This document shows, piece after piece, positions 19,348-28,651 of a DNA stretch of 64,000 nt. The translations under genes and the position numbers were made by a program. The DNA comes from an uncultured Oscillospiraceae bacterium. GTDB taxonomy: Bacteria; Bacillota; Clostridia; Christensenellales; CAG-138. The stretch covers positions 13,900 to 77,899 of the forward strand of contig CAZCAV010000002.1 of assembly GCA_964496795.1 (NCBI GenBank). The letters are read 5' to 3'. The notes below the pieces were generated by a model. That model did no database searches. It was not told the DNA's origin and saw only the letters and a program-made list of their open reading frames with translations. How positions within the stretch are numbered: position 1 is the first letter of the stretch; each line of letters starts with the position of its first letter.

Positions 19348-21942
19348 ATGAATGCCAATAAATTGACCCAAAAAAGCTTGGAAGCGGTACAGGCTGCGCA
19401 TAGTCTGGCTGTGGAGCACGGTAATACTCAAGTGCAGCAGGAGCATATGCTGTATGCGCTTCTTTCCCAGACGGACGGGCTGATTGCCAGCATGCTTTCC
19501 GGCATGAACGTGAACACCCGTTCTCTGACGGAGGAGCTTGAGCAGGACATTTCGCGGCTGCCGGTGATGAGCGGCGGAAATATGAACGAGGACAACATAT
19601 ACCTCAGCCGCGAGCTGGATAACGCGTTAAACGAGGCGGAGAAGCGCGCTGATAAGATGGGGGATGCCTATGTGTCCGTAGAGCATCTGTTTCTAGGCCT
19701 TCTGACGAAGGCCTCGGATACGCTGAAAAAGCTGTTTGCATCGCAAAGCATTACAGAAAAGCGCTTTTTGGAGCAGCTTACTACGGTGCGCGGCAGCCGC
19801 AAGGCAGATTCCGACAATCCAGAAAGCACCTATGATGTGCTGAAGAAATACGGACAGGATCTTGTGGAGCTTGCGCGCAATCAGAAGCTTGATCCGGTAA
19901 TCGGACGCGATGATGAGATCCGCAACGTCATCCGTATTTTATCGCGAAAGACCAAGAACAATCCCTGCCTTATCGGCGAGCCGGGCGTGGGAAAAACGGC
20001 AATCGCCGAGGGCCTGGCGCTGCGCATTGTTCGCGGCGATGTGCCTGACAATTTGAAGGACCGTAAGCTCTTTGCGTTGGATATGGGCTCTCTGGTGGCG
20101 GGCGCGAAGTTTCGTGGCGAGTTTGAGGAGCGTCTCAAGGCGGTTCTCAACGAGATCAAGGAGAGCGACGGAAAGATCATACTCTTTATCGACGAGCTGC
20201 ATACGATCGTAGGCGCCGGCAAGACCGAAGGCGCAATGGACGCCGGCAATCTGTTAAAGCCCATGCTGGCCCGCGGAGAGCTCCACTGTATCGGTGCGAC
20301 GACGCTCAACGAGTATCGTCAGTATATCGAGAAGGACGCAGCGCTTGAGCGGCGCTTTCAACCAGTTATGGTGAACGAGCCCACCGTTGAAGATACGATT
20401 TCCATTCTGCGCGGGCTTAAGGAGAGGTACGAGGTGTATCATGGCGTCAAGATCCAGGATCAGGCCCTGATCGCTGCGGCGACGTTGTCCAACCGCTATA
20501 TTTCCGACCGTTTTCTGCCTGATAAGGCTATTGACCTCGTGGACGAAGCCTGTGCGCTGATAAAGACTGAGATGAACTCCATGCCCTCCGAGCTGGACGA
20601 TATCAGCCGTCGCATCATGCAGCTTGAAATAGAAGAGGCTGCGTTGAAAAAGGAAACCGATAAGCTGAGCAGGGAGCATCTGGAGGAGATTCAAAAGCAG
20701 CTTGCCGAGCTGCGCGATGTATTCTCCGTCATGAAAGCAAAATGGGAGAACGAGAAGCAGGATATTGGCAAGGTGCAGCAGCTGCGCGGCGAGCTTGAAA
20801 AGGTCAACGCCGAGATCGAACGCGCGGAGAGTGCCTACGATCTCAATAAGGCTGCCGAGCTCAAGTATGGCCGACTGCCACAGCTTCAGGCGGAGCTTGA
20901 TAAGGAGGAAAGCCTTGCTGAGAGCGAGCGCGAGCGAACCTATTTGAGAGATCGTGTGACAGAGGAGGAAATCGCCCGTATTGTGGCGCGCTGGACAGGT
21001 ATTCCGATCAGTAAGCTTATGGAGGGTGAGCGCGATAAGCTTCTGAGACTGCCGCAAACGCTGCATGAGCGCGTTATCGGTCAGGACGAAGCTGTGGATC
21101 GCGTCAGCGACGCAATACTGCGTTCGCGCGCGGGCATACAGGATCCGAACCGTCCGATCGGCTCCTTCCTGTTTCTGGGCCCCACGGGCGTTGGCAAGAC
21201 GGAGCTGGCTAAGGCGCTGGCGCAAGCCTTGTTTGACGATGAAAAGAACATGGTGCGCATCGATATGTCGGAGTACATGGAGAAGTATTCCGTGTCCCGT
21301 CTTATTGGAGCGCCTCCGGGCTATGTCGGCTACGACGAGGGTGGCCAGCTTACAGAGGCTGTGCGCCGCAAGCCATATGCCGTAGTACTCTTTGACGAGG
21401 TTGAAAAAGCGCATCCGGATGTGCTGAACGTGCTTTTGCAGGTGCTGGACGATGGCCGTATTACCGACGGTCAGGGACGTACGGTAGATTTTAAGAACAC
21501 GATCATCATTTTGACGAGCAACCTAGGCTCCGATGTCATACTTGAGGGCATTACCCCTGACGGTACGATATCTGACAGCGCCCGCGAACAAGTGATGCAG
21601 CTGCTTAAGAGCGCGTTTAGACCGGAGTTTTTAAACCGGCTTGACGAAACCGTATTCTATCGTCCGTTGACGAAATCGAACCTGACGGGTATACTGGATC
21701 TGCTCATTGCCGATCTTCAAACGCGTCTTGCCGAGCGGCAACTTGGCGTAGAGGTAACGGACACAGCCAAGGCGTATATCGTCGACGCCGGCAGCGACGC
21801 CGTGTACGGCGCGCGTCCGCTCAAACGATACCTCCAATCGCATGTGGAGACTGTGCTTGCGCGGAAGATCATTGGCACAGATCTGGAGCCGGATACCGTG
21901 CTTACGGTCGATTATGACGGAAAGGAACTCTTCGTGAGATGA
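19348..21942 (+). CDS. clpB: ATP-dependent chaperone/disaggregase ClpB
   Basis: 864 aa with Clp-N repeats, two AAA+ modules with Walker A (GEPGVGKT and GPTGVGKT), a long coiled-coil middle domain, and GARPLKR near the C-terminus. Confidence 0.95.
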   Translation: MNANKLTQKSLEAVQAAHSLAVEHGNTQVQQEHMLYALLSQTDGLIASMLSGMNVNTRSLTEELEQDISRLPVMSGGNMNEDNIYLSRELDNALNEAEKRADKMGDAYVSVEHLFLGLLTKASDTLKKLFASQSITEKRFLEQLTTVRGSRKADSDNPESTYDVLKKYGQDLVELARNQKLDPVIGRDDEIRNVIRILSRKTKNNPCLIGEPGVGKTAIAEGLALRIVRGDVPDNLKDRKLFALDMGSLVAGAKFRGEFEERLKAVLNEIKESDGKIILFIDELHTIVGAGKTEGAMDAGNLLKPMLARGELHCIGATTLNEYRQYIEKDAALERRFQPVMVNEPTVEDTISILRGLKERYEVYHGVKIQDQALIAAATLSNRYISDRFLPDKAIDLVDEACALIKTEMNSMPSELDDISRRIMQLEIEEAALKKETDKLSREHLEEIQKQLAELRDVFSVMKAKWENEKQDIGKVQQLRGELEKVNAEIERAESAYDLNKAAELKYGRLPQLQAELDKEESLAESERERTYLRDRVTEEEIARIVARWTGIPISKLMEGERDKLLRLPQTLHERVIGQDEAVDRVSDAILRSRAGIQDPNRPIGSFLFLGPTGVGKTELAKALAQALFDDEKNMVRIDMSEYMEKYSVSRLIGAPPGYVGYDEGGQLTEAVRRKPYAVVLFDEVEKAHPDVLNVLLQVLDDGRITDGQGRTVDFKNTIIILTSNLGSDVILEGITPDGTISDSAREQVMQLLKSAFRPEFLNRLDETVFYRPLTKSNLTGILDLLIADLQTRLAERQLGVEVTDTAKAYIVDAGSDAVYGARPLKRYLQSHVETVLARKIIGTDLEPDTVLTVDYDGKELFVR

Positions 21943-22970
21943 AACGGCTTGGCTTAAGCCTATTGGTGCTCCCGCTTGCACTGTTGTGCGCATGCGGGAG
22001 CGCTTCTTTGCCTGCTGAGCAAACGTCCGCTCCGACTGCGGAGCCGCCGGCGTCCATTGAGGTGCTGACCGTAGCCGAGACGCCTGTGCCGACGGCGCTG
22101 CCTGCGCCCGAGGCGCCGGAAGCGACCGATGGGGACGATGCGGGCTCCTGTACCCAAAAGTTTTCGATCGTCTGGATATCGGACACGCAGCATTACAGCG
22201 AGCTGTATCCTGATATGCTGAGAGGCATGACAAAATGGGCGGCGGATAATCGTGAGAGCCTGAATATCCAGCTCGTGGTGCATACGGGCGATATGGTCAA
22301 CCGCGTGGGATCGGATCGCCAGTGGGAGGCGATCACCGAGGCGCTGGACGAACTGGGCGATCTGCCCTTTCTGGCGCTTGCGGGCAATCATGACGTAGGT
22401 ACAAGCACCGGCAATTATCATCCGTTTTTACACTATGTGGCTTCCCGCTATCCGGATACCGAAGCATTCTTTGCGGGCGGACGCGGCGCATACGTTACGC
22501 TGGGGACGGAGGACTGTGGCTTTCTGTTCATCGGAACGGGGTATGGCTATTCCGACGAGAGCGTTCAATGGATGTACGATACGATACAGGCGCATCCGCT
22601 GTATACGGCAGTGCTCTGTGAGCACAGCTATCTCAATACCAACGGCAGCTTGACCGACGGCGGCGACATCCTTTTTGAACAAATCGTCCGGCGCTGTCCT
22701 ACGGTGCGGCTTGTGATCTGCGGTCACCGCGACGATATAGCCTTTCTCGATCAATCGTTCGACAATAACGGCGACGGCATCGCCGACAGACATGTCTACG
22801 CCATGCTGTATAACTATCAGGAAGTCGCTTCGGACGGCGGCGGCGGATATCTGAGGATCTTGACCTTCGATATCGCCGCGCGCAGCGTTTCTGTTAAGAC
22901 CTATTCACCCTCGCTCGATCAGTATAAAACCGGCGCTGACGAAGGATTTGTTATTGAAAACGCGTTTTAG
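21939..22970 (+). CDS. Lipoprotein metallophosphoesterase (calcineurin-like)
   Basis: Signal peptide with lipobox-like LLCAC, Ala/Pro/Glu linker, and phosphoesterase motifs ISDTQH, HTGDMV, GNHD, GHRD. ATGA overlap with clpB. Confidence 0.7.
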   Translation: MKRLGLSLLVLPLALLCACGSASLPAEQTSAPTAEPPASIEVLTVAETPVPTALPAPEAPEATDGDDAGSCTQKFSIVWISDTQHYSELYPDMLRGMTKWAADNRESLNIQLVVHTGDMVNRVGSDRQWEAITEALDELGDLPFLALAGNHDVGTSTGNYHPFLHYVASRYPDTEAFFAGGRGAYVTLGTEDCGFLFIGTGYGYSDESVQWMYDTIQAHPLYTAVLCEHSYLNTNGSLTDGGDILFEQIVRRCPTVRLVICGHRDDIAFLDQSFDNNGDGIADRHVYAMLYNYQEVASDGGGGYLRILTFDIAARSVSVKTYSPSLDQYKTGADEGFVIENAF

Positions 22971-24700
22971 CTTTGCTTAAGAAAGCGCTTATCGCATTCC
23001 GGCGTATCCAGTCCAAGCGTGCCGCCGGGGTTCATGATATTATCGGGATCAAAATGCTGTTTGAGCGCGCGAATGACATCGTATTCATTACGACCGACAT
23101 AGCCCTCCAGCCAGGGCCCGAACATCTTGCCTATGCCATGGTGGTGGCTCATAGACGCGCCGGATTTCTGTATGGCGTCAAGTATACCCGCATGGTAGGC
23201 GCGGAAGGCTTCAGGGTCGCTTTCACGAATGATGAAAATGAAGTACAGGTTGGCGCCCTGCGGATACACATGCGACATATGCGTCATGCAGATGGCGTCG
23301 GGGCGCGACTTGCAGAAAGCCCGCACATCCCTGTGCACCTGCGTCATATTGCTCCAGTTAACGGTGCATTCCATAGTATCGGTCACAATACCAAAATCCT
23401 GTATCGTATCGCGCAGATACGGGTCGCTGAAGCGGCCTTTTTCCCAGGATTTTGTGACGTAGCCGGTCAGACTCTGGCCGCCGAACTGCCGCGCTACCTT
23501 TTTGGCATGCTGCGCACAGTTGCGTGAGAAGCCCTTTTCTCCGTTGGTAAAACCAAGGAACAGGCACATTTCTCCCTCTTGGAATCCACGCAGCTTGAAC
23601 AGCTTCATTAACGGCGTTTCATCTACGCCGTAGAGCCGCAGCATGATCTGCGTTTCCTCAGGATCAGAGAGCCGGAACACAGAAGGATAGCCGGCCTCCG
23701 ATTGCATGATCTCGCGTGCGGCCGCCTGTGCTGTCTGCCAGTCGCGGAACATGAAGGAGAAACGGTGGACGGTCGCCGGCATGTAACGGAACACCTTCAG
23801 CGTTACATGCGTAAGTATGCCGAACGCACCCTCGCCGCCCATCATGATCTGGCCAAGGTCGGGGCCGGTGGACTTGCGCGGGTAGCGGTCGGTGCGGATA
23901 GGGCCGATAGGCGTAGCGTATTCCTGCGCCAGCACGATATCGGATATGCAGCCGTAATAGGTGGAGTTTTGGCCCGCGCCGCGCGTTACGACCCAACCGC
24001 CGACAGAGGAATACTCGAAGCTTTGCGGAAAATGTCCGCAGGTATAGGCCCGTTTGGCGCCAAAGAGTGAAACGGCGTTCCGCAGCGTTTCCTCAAGCTT
24101 TGGACCGCTCATACCTGCTTCAACTGTAATGCTTTGATCGGTTTCATTAAACGCGATCACCTTGTTGAAGCGTAAACGCATATCCAACGATATGCCGCCT
24201 TTGACGCATTCCACGCCGCGTGTGACCGAGGAGCCGCCGCCGTAGACATAGACAGGGATCTTTTTCTCGGCGCAGTAGGCGACGAGCGCTTCGATCTGTT
24301 CTTTGTTATCAGGGTAGATCACTGCATCCGGCAGGTTTTCGACCCGTTTGTTCCGAAGCCTCAGTATATCGTACATCGTTTTTCCATAGGCCACGGACAG
24401 ACGCGCATAATCGTCTGTGCGCACAAAACCGTCGCCCACGATCGCACGAAAGCGGTTTAGGTGCGCTTCATTCAGTTCAATCGGCAGATCGAAGGAAACG
24501 GTGTCGAAGCCCGTGTCCTCCTTATAACTGTGAAAATAACCGTCGTCCAGATGAAACTGCTCCTTGAGCATTGTGTACAGCGATTCACGCGGCGGCTTGA
24601 TGGTCAGCTTATCGCCCCATTTGAATATTGAGCGATAGCTGTCTGCGGGAAACTCGCCATGAACCCAGTCCGGTTCAAAACCTTTGTACGGATGCGACAT
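22967..24700 (-). CDS. FAD-linked oxidase of the alkyl-dihydroxyacetone-phosphate synthase (AGPS) type
   Basis: 577 aa. Collinear with my recollection of eukaryotic AGPS: FEYSSVGGWVVTRGAGQ, STGPDLGQIMMGGEGAFGI, ANLYFIF, and the HHH loop SHHHGIGK (HHH codons 23138-23146), rather than the EHG motif of GlcD/D-LDH. Starts 3 nt after the DUF1667 stop. Confidence 0.8.
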   Translation of the reverse strand: MSHPYKGFEPDWVHGEFPADSYRSIFKWGDKLTIKPPRESLYTMLKEQFHLDDGYFHSYKEDTGFDTVSFDLPIELNEAHLNRFRAIVGDGFVRTDDYARLSVAYGKTMYDILRLRNKRVENLPDAVIYPDNKEQIEALVAYCAEKKIPVYVYGGGSSVTRGVECVKGGISLDMRLRFNKVIAFNETDQSITVEAGMSGPKLEETLRNAVSLFGAKRAYTCGHFPQSFEYSSVGGWVVTRGAGQNSTYYGCISDIVLAQEYATPIGPIRTDRYPRKSTGPDLGQIMMGGEGAFGILTHVTLKVFRYMPATVHRFSFMFRDWQTAQAAAREIMQSEAGYPSVFRLSDPEETQIMLRLYGVDETPLMKLFKLRGFQEGEMCLFLGFTNGEKGFSRNCAQHAKKVARQFGGQSLTGYVTKSWEKGRFSDPYLRDTIQDFGIVTDTMECTVNWSNMTQVHRDVRAFCKSRPDAICMTHMSHVYPQGANLYFIFIIRESDPEAFRAYHAGILDAIQKSGASMSHHHGIGKMFGPWLEGYVGRNEYDVIRALKQHFDPDNIMNPGGTLGLDTPECDKRFLKQS

Positions 24701-24702
24701 GG

Positions 24703-25074
24703 TTAACAGCTCCTTTCGATGTTTTCGAGTATAGTGCTGGTGACGATGATATCGCTCTTGAGCCCCAGAACATCAGGAACGACAGCATCTCCAAGCTTCA
24801 AAGGTTCGCTCACGCATACGCCGCGGAGCGCCTGCATCACATCCTGAATGCGTTCTTTGGGTATGGGCATATTTGTGCGAACGGGAAGCGCCGGCGCTTC
24901 CGCAAAGCTGGTATGCACGGTGGTGCACAGCGTGCGCATGGGGACAGTCAATTCTGACTGCGCATATGCTGCGCCTCGTTTGCAGCGATTGCCGGAAAAG
25001 AGATATTCATCACCGGATTTATCGCAGGAGATACGGCAGCCGTTTGGACAAACGGTGCAGGTAACGGTTTTCAT
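24703..25074 (-). CDS. DUF1667-domain small Cys-rich protein
   Basis: 123 aa starting MKTVTCTVCPNGCRISCD. Third member of the recurrent G3P-dehydrogenase-like trio and overlaps the upstream gene (ATGA). Confidence 0.7.
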   Translation of the reverse strand: MKTVTCTVCPNGCRISCDKSGDEYLFSGNRCKRGAAYAQSELTVPMRTLCTTVHTSFAEAPALPVRTNMPIPKERIQDVMQALRGVCVSEPLKLGDAVVPDVLGLKSDIIVTSTILENIERSC

Positions 25075-26318
25075 CGACGCGCCTCCGTAAGTGCGAAGTT
25101 TAGAACGTCGCTTTCGTCAAGCCCGTTTATAGGCAGCTCAATGCGTTCCATTTCCGGCGGCCGAAGCGCCGTGTAGCGCCGCTCAAGCAATGTGCGTCCA
25201 CCAGCGCTGACAAGCAGGCGCATGTGACTCATTTCGCTTGCGGCACGAAAGTAGAAGGCTGCGGAGCTGTCGCCGCGCAGAATATCCACGCGCTGAGGTA
25301 CAAGAGAGGCAATCTGCCTATCATGCGCCGTCTCAATCAATACCCGCTTATCGGTGGGCGCTGCGGCGGAGGCGCCCGCAAGCACTCCGCTTTCAGATAC
25401 ATAGTCCACAAGATCATTGACGTGCAGCGCATTTCCGCAGGAAAAGACACGCGGTACGAGCGTTTCACAGCGTTGATCTACGATCGGGCCCTTGGTGAGC
25501 GGATCGAGAGGTACATGGAGCGTTTCCGCAAGCTCGTTTTCCGGTATCAGGCCGACTGAGAGTATCAGCGCGTCGCAGGGAACGATCTCTTCGGTTCCAG
25601 GGATGGGGCGCATGCTTTCGTCTACGTCGGAGACTTCGACCGCCGAGAGCCGTTGCTCGCCGAACACCCGCGTTACCGTTCTGGAAAGGTGCAGTGGGAT
25701 ATGAAAGTCCTCGAGACACTGTACGATGTTGCGGCTAAGGCCGCTGGGCGTCTTTTTTGCCTCGTAGACGCCGGCAACAACTGCGCCCTCCAGCGTAAGG
25801 CGGCGCGCCATGATCAGACCGACGTCGCCGGAGCCCAGGATCACACAGCGCTTTGCCGGAAGCATGCCAAGGATATTGGTATAGTATTGCGCCGTGCCGG
25901 CGGTAAATATGCCGGAGGAAAATCGACCGTGTATGCCGATCTGCCTTGCGGTGCGTTCCCGGCAGCCTGTAGCGAGCACGATGGCGCCCGCCGTAGCGCA
26001 GTTCATGCCGCTGCGGGATACATAATGAAGCTCAAAGCCCGCATCTGTCGGCAGAATCCTGGTAACAAATGAAAGCGTATTGATCGTGGCGTCAGTATTC
26101 TGGAGCTCGTCTATATGCCTCGCGGCATATTCAGGTCCGGTCAGCCGCTCTCCGTAGCGCATAAGCCCAAAACCGTCGTGAATGCACTGCTTTAGTATGC
26201 CGCCGAGACGTGCCTCGCGTTCAAGCAGCAGCACGCACGCGTCTGCGCGGCTCGCGCTGACGGCGGCGGACAGCCCCGCCGGTCCCGCGCCGATAACGGC
26301 CACGTCATAACGGTTCAT
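25071..26318 (-). CDS. NAD(P)/FAD-dependent pyridine-nucleotide-disulfide-type oxidoreductase
   Basis: YDVAVIGAGPAGLSAA dinucleotide motif plus a second Rossmann motif VILGSGDVGL. ATG at 26318 overlaps the upstream stop (ATGA). Confidence 0.8.
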   Translation of the reverse strand: MNRYDVAVIGAGPAGLSAAVSASRADACVLLLEREARLGGILKQCIHDGFGLMRYGERLTGPEYAARHIDELQNTDATINTLSFVTRILPTDAGFELHYVSRSGMNCATAGAIVLATGCRERTARQIGIHGRFSSGIFTAGTAQYYTNILGMLPAKRCVILGSGDVGLIMARRLTLEGAVVAGVYEAKKTPSGLSRNIVQCLEDFHIPLHLSRTVTRVFGEQRLSAVEVSDVDESMRPIPGTEEIVPCDALILSVGLIPENELAETLHVPLDPLTKGPIVDQRCETLVPRVFSCGNALHVNDLVDYVSESGVLAGASAAAPTDKRVLIETAHDRQIASLVPQRVDILRGDSSAAFYFRAASEMSHMRLLVSAGGRTLLERRYTALRPPEMERIELPINGLDESDVLNFALTEARR

Positions 26319-28021
26319 GCCTTGTCCTCCGAAAGCAGGATCTCGCTGCCAAATCCACTCTTCTTTACCGCAGTCAACGGCAAACGCAGCGCCTCTGCGA
26401 TCATACCTAGCACGTTCGGCCCGCAAAAAGCGCCCTGGCAGCGACCCATACCGGGGCGTGCGCGCCGTTTTACGCCGTCAACGGTATCGCATGGCAGACT
26501 GCGGTTCAGCGCGTCGCGTATCTCGCCGCGGCTGATTTGCTCGCAGCGGCACACGATCTCGCCATAGGCGGGATCGCGCTTGATAAGCGCGTCGCGCGAA
26601 GTATCGTCCAACTCACGCACACATACGATCCCTTGCCGCTTCGGATCAAATGAAGGATTCCTATGGACGGGGCCGTCCTCCTCAAGGAGTGAGACTGCCA
26701 TTTTGGCTACATCCGCAGCGATCGCGGGAGCAGCGGTCAGTCCAGGCGACTGGATGCCGGCCGCATGCACAATATTATGTGTAAATATGCCCTTTCGGAT
26801 GATAAAATCCTCCTCGTAGGTCGCGGCACGCACGCCAGTGAAATAGGTGATGATATCGCGCTCGCTGAGCTGAGGACTTGTCAAGCGCTGCTTGTCGAAG
26901 CAGCGATCAACGCTTTGAGCGCGTGTTTCAAAGTTTTCCTTTTCTATGGTTTCCACAGCATCCGGCCCGCAGAGCAGGTTGTCGTCAACAGTATGCACAA
27001 GCCCGCCGCCCTTGCTGTGCTCAGTCCTCGTGGCGACTGTTCCATAGGATGAGGCGATGGTGATTAGCTGGTATGCGGCCTTTTTATCCAGTATGGCGTT
27101 GGTGCCGCGGCGTGGATGAATGGAAAAAAAATGATCCCCAGCCATTTTGGCGATATCCTCCGAGAATACGCCCGCCGCATTTATGACGACGCGCGGATAC
27201 AGAGTTCCGCGGTTGGTTGAAACGGCGGTGATCCGGTCGCCGTCGCGGCTCATTTCCAGCACGGCCGTGTCCAACGAAACATGCGCGCCGTTATCGATGG
27301 CATTCTCGGCAAGCGCGATAGTGAGCGCATAGGGTGATATCACGCCCGCGCCTGGAAAGTGCAGCGCACATTGAATATCGCCGCAGATATACGGCTCGAC
27401 CTGATGAAGCCATTTTTTCGATACATACCGGCAGGGTACGCCGGTCAGACAGAAGTAAAGCTGAGCAAAAAATGCCGCAGGGATAAACCATCTATGGCGG
27501 AAGCACAGATATTGTCCGCAGCGTCTGAAGGGTACGTCCAGCTCGCTTGTCAGCGTATCATAAAGCTTGTTGCCGCGCAGATTGTAGCGCCGCTTAACCT
27601 CGCCGATCTTCAGATCGATACCGGGGTGCACCATGCCGTCGTTGCGGCTTGAAGCATGCAGCGCTACGTCGTGTTCTTTGTCTACCAACAGCACATCAAG
27701 TTGACGGCGCGAAAGCTCGCGCGCAATCGCGCAGCCGATCACTCCGCCGCCGACGATCAGCACGTCCAAGCGACGACCCTCAAGGCTGTCGTCCGACAAA
27801 AGCGGAATGCGCATGGGAGGAGAGCTTTCGCCCGTACAGACAATATTGTTGACAAGCCCAATGTATTTACGCTTGTTAACGGCCATGAGCCCCGCGCGCA
27901 CAACATCGTCCCAACGAGCAAGCGCGCCTGTCAGCACAAGGCGGCCCCTGGATTCCTCCGCATGTACCTGTTCGCCGAAGGCGCATGTCAGTTTTCGATT
28001 GATCCTTTGTAAATATGACAT
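26315..28021 (-). CDS. FAD-dependent glycerol-3-phosphate dehydrogenase/oxidase-like protein with C-terminal BFD-like [2Fe-2S] domain
   Basis: DVLIVGGGVIGCAIAREL FAD motif, C-terminal CRCEQISRGEIRDAL...GRCQGAFC. GGTGAGGA SD lies before the ATG at 28021. Confidence 0.8.
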   Translation of the reverse strand: MSYLQRINRKLTCAFGEQVHAEESRGRLVLTGALARWDDVVRAGLMAVNKRKYIGLVNNIVCTGESSPPMRIPLLSDDSLEGRRLDVLIVGGGVIGCAIARELSRRQLDVLLVDKEHDVALHASSRNDGMVHPGIDLKIGEVKRRYNLRGNKLYDTLTSELDVPFRRCGQYLCFRHRWFIPAAFFAQLYFCLTGVPCRYVSKKWLHQVEPYICGDIQCALHFPGAGVISPYALTIALAENAIDNGAHVSLDTAVLEMSRDGDRITAVSTNRGTLYPRVVINAAGVFSEDIAKMAGDHFFSIHPRRGTNAILDKKAAYQLITIASSYGTVATRTEHSKGGGLVHTVDDNLLCGPDAVETIEKENFETRAQSVDRCFDKQRLTSPQLSERDIITYFTGVRAATYEEDFIIRKGIFTHNIVHAAGIQSPGLTAAPAIAADVAKMAVSLLEEDGPVHRNPSFDPKRQGIVCVRELDDTSRDALIKRDPAYGEIVCRCEQISRGEIRDALNRSLPCDTVDGVKRRARPGMGRCQGAFCGPNVLGMIAEALRLPLTAVKKSGFGSEILLSEDKA

Positions 28022-28097
28022 ATCCTCACCGTGTCGGCCGCACGCCCGACTCCGTATACAAAATACCATGCGCCAGCGTGAAAGTCAAGGCGCATGG

Positions 28098-28649
28098 TCA
28101 AAAAATGCGGGTAATAAATTCGATAAACGCAGGAATATCCATAGCGTCGTTTTGAAGCGTATGCTGCACCATGAGCCCATCCACGAGGGTCAGAAGAAGC
28201 CATGCAAGATTTTCTCCGTCCGCGTCCGGTCGGCGCTCGAGTATGCGCGCACGCAGAATTTCCTGAAAATGGGCATACTGTCGTATCAAAGCATCGCGAA
28301 CCTCTGTGCTGCTGCTGCTGATTGCGTCGGCAAACAGGTGCAGGCGGATTGGGCCGCTGTCTTCAAACACTCCGTAGGAAACCGTATAGCGGACAAGGCG
28401 GGGGATAGAGGTATCCTTTTGAGGATTATCGACCCAGGCGAGCAGCTCGTCTGAAAGCTGGTTCCAATAGCGCTCTCCAATATCCAGATAGAGATCGGTT
28501 TTGCTTGAATAATGATAATAGAGCGTGCCCTTGCTCACGCCTGCAGCGGCTGCGACTTCGGACAGAGAAACATCCGGACGTTCGCGCAGCAGTCGTGTAG
28601 CCGCGTCAAGAATTTTATCGCGTATGTTGTCATTCCTTGGCGCTGCCAT
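28098..28649 (-). CDS. TetR/AcrR-family transcriptional regulator
   Basis: N-terminal HTH: IRDKILDAATRLLRERPDVSLSEVAAAAGVSKGTLYYHY. The internal ATG at 28649 was chosen because it abuts the folC stop. Confidence 0.85.
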   Translation of the reverse strand: MAAPRNDNIRDKILDAATRLLRERPDVSLSEVAAAAGVSKGTLYYHYSSKTDLYLDIGERYWNQLSDELLAWVDNPQKDTSIPRLVRYTVSYGVFEDSGPIRLHLFADAISSSSTEVRDALIRQYAHFQEILRARILERRPDADGENLAWLLLTLVDGLMVQHTLQNDAMDIPAFIEFITRIF

Positions 28650-28651
28650 GC

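Noticed and set aside
20254-21414. 386-aa ORF antisense to clpB. Similar long antisense ORFs occur at 33121-34209, 34387-35247, 35996-36853, 41588-42526, 50351-51271, 59530-60678, 54511-55242, 16370-17080 and 12768-13475.
   Set aside because: Each lies opposite a gene with unmistakable family motifs. Their translations are Arg/Ala/Gly-rich and low-complexity, with no recognisable domains and no SD. These are typical shadow ORFs of GC-rich coding DNA.
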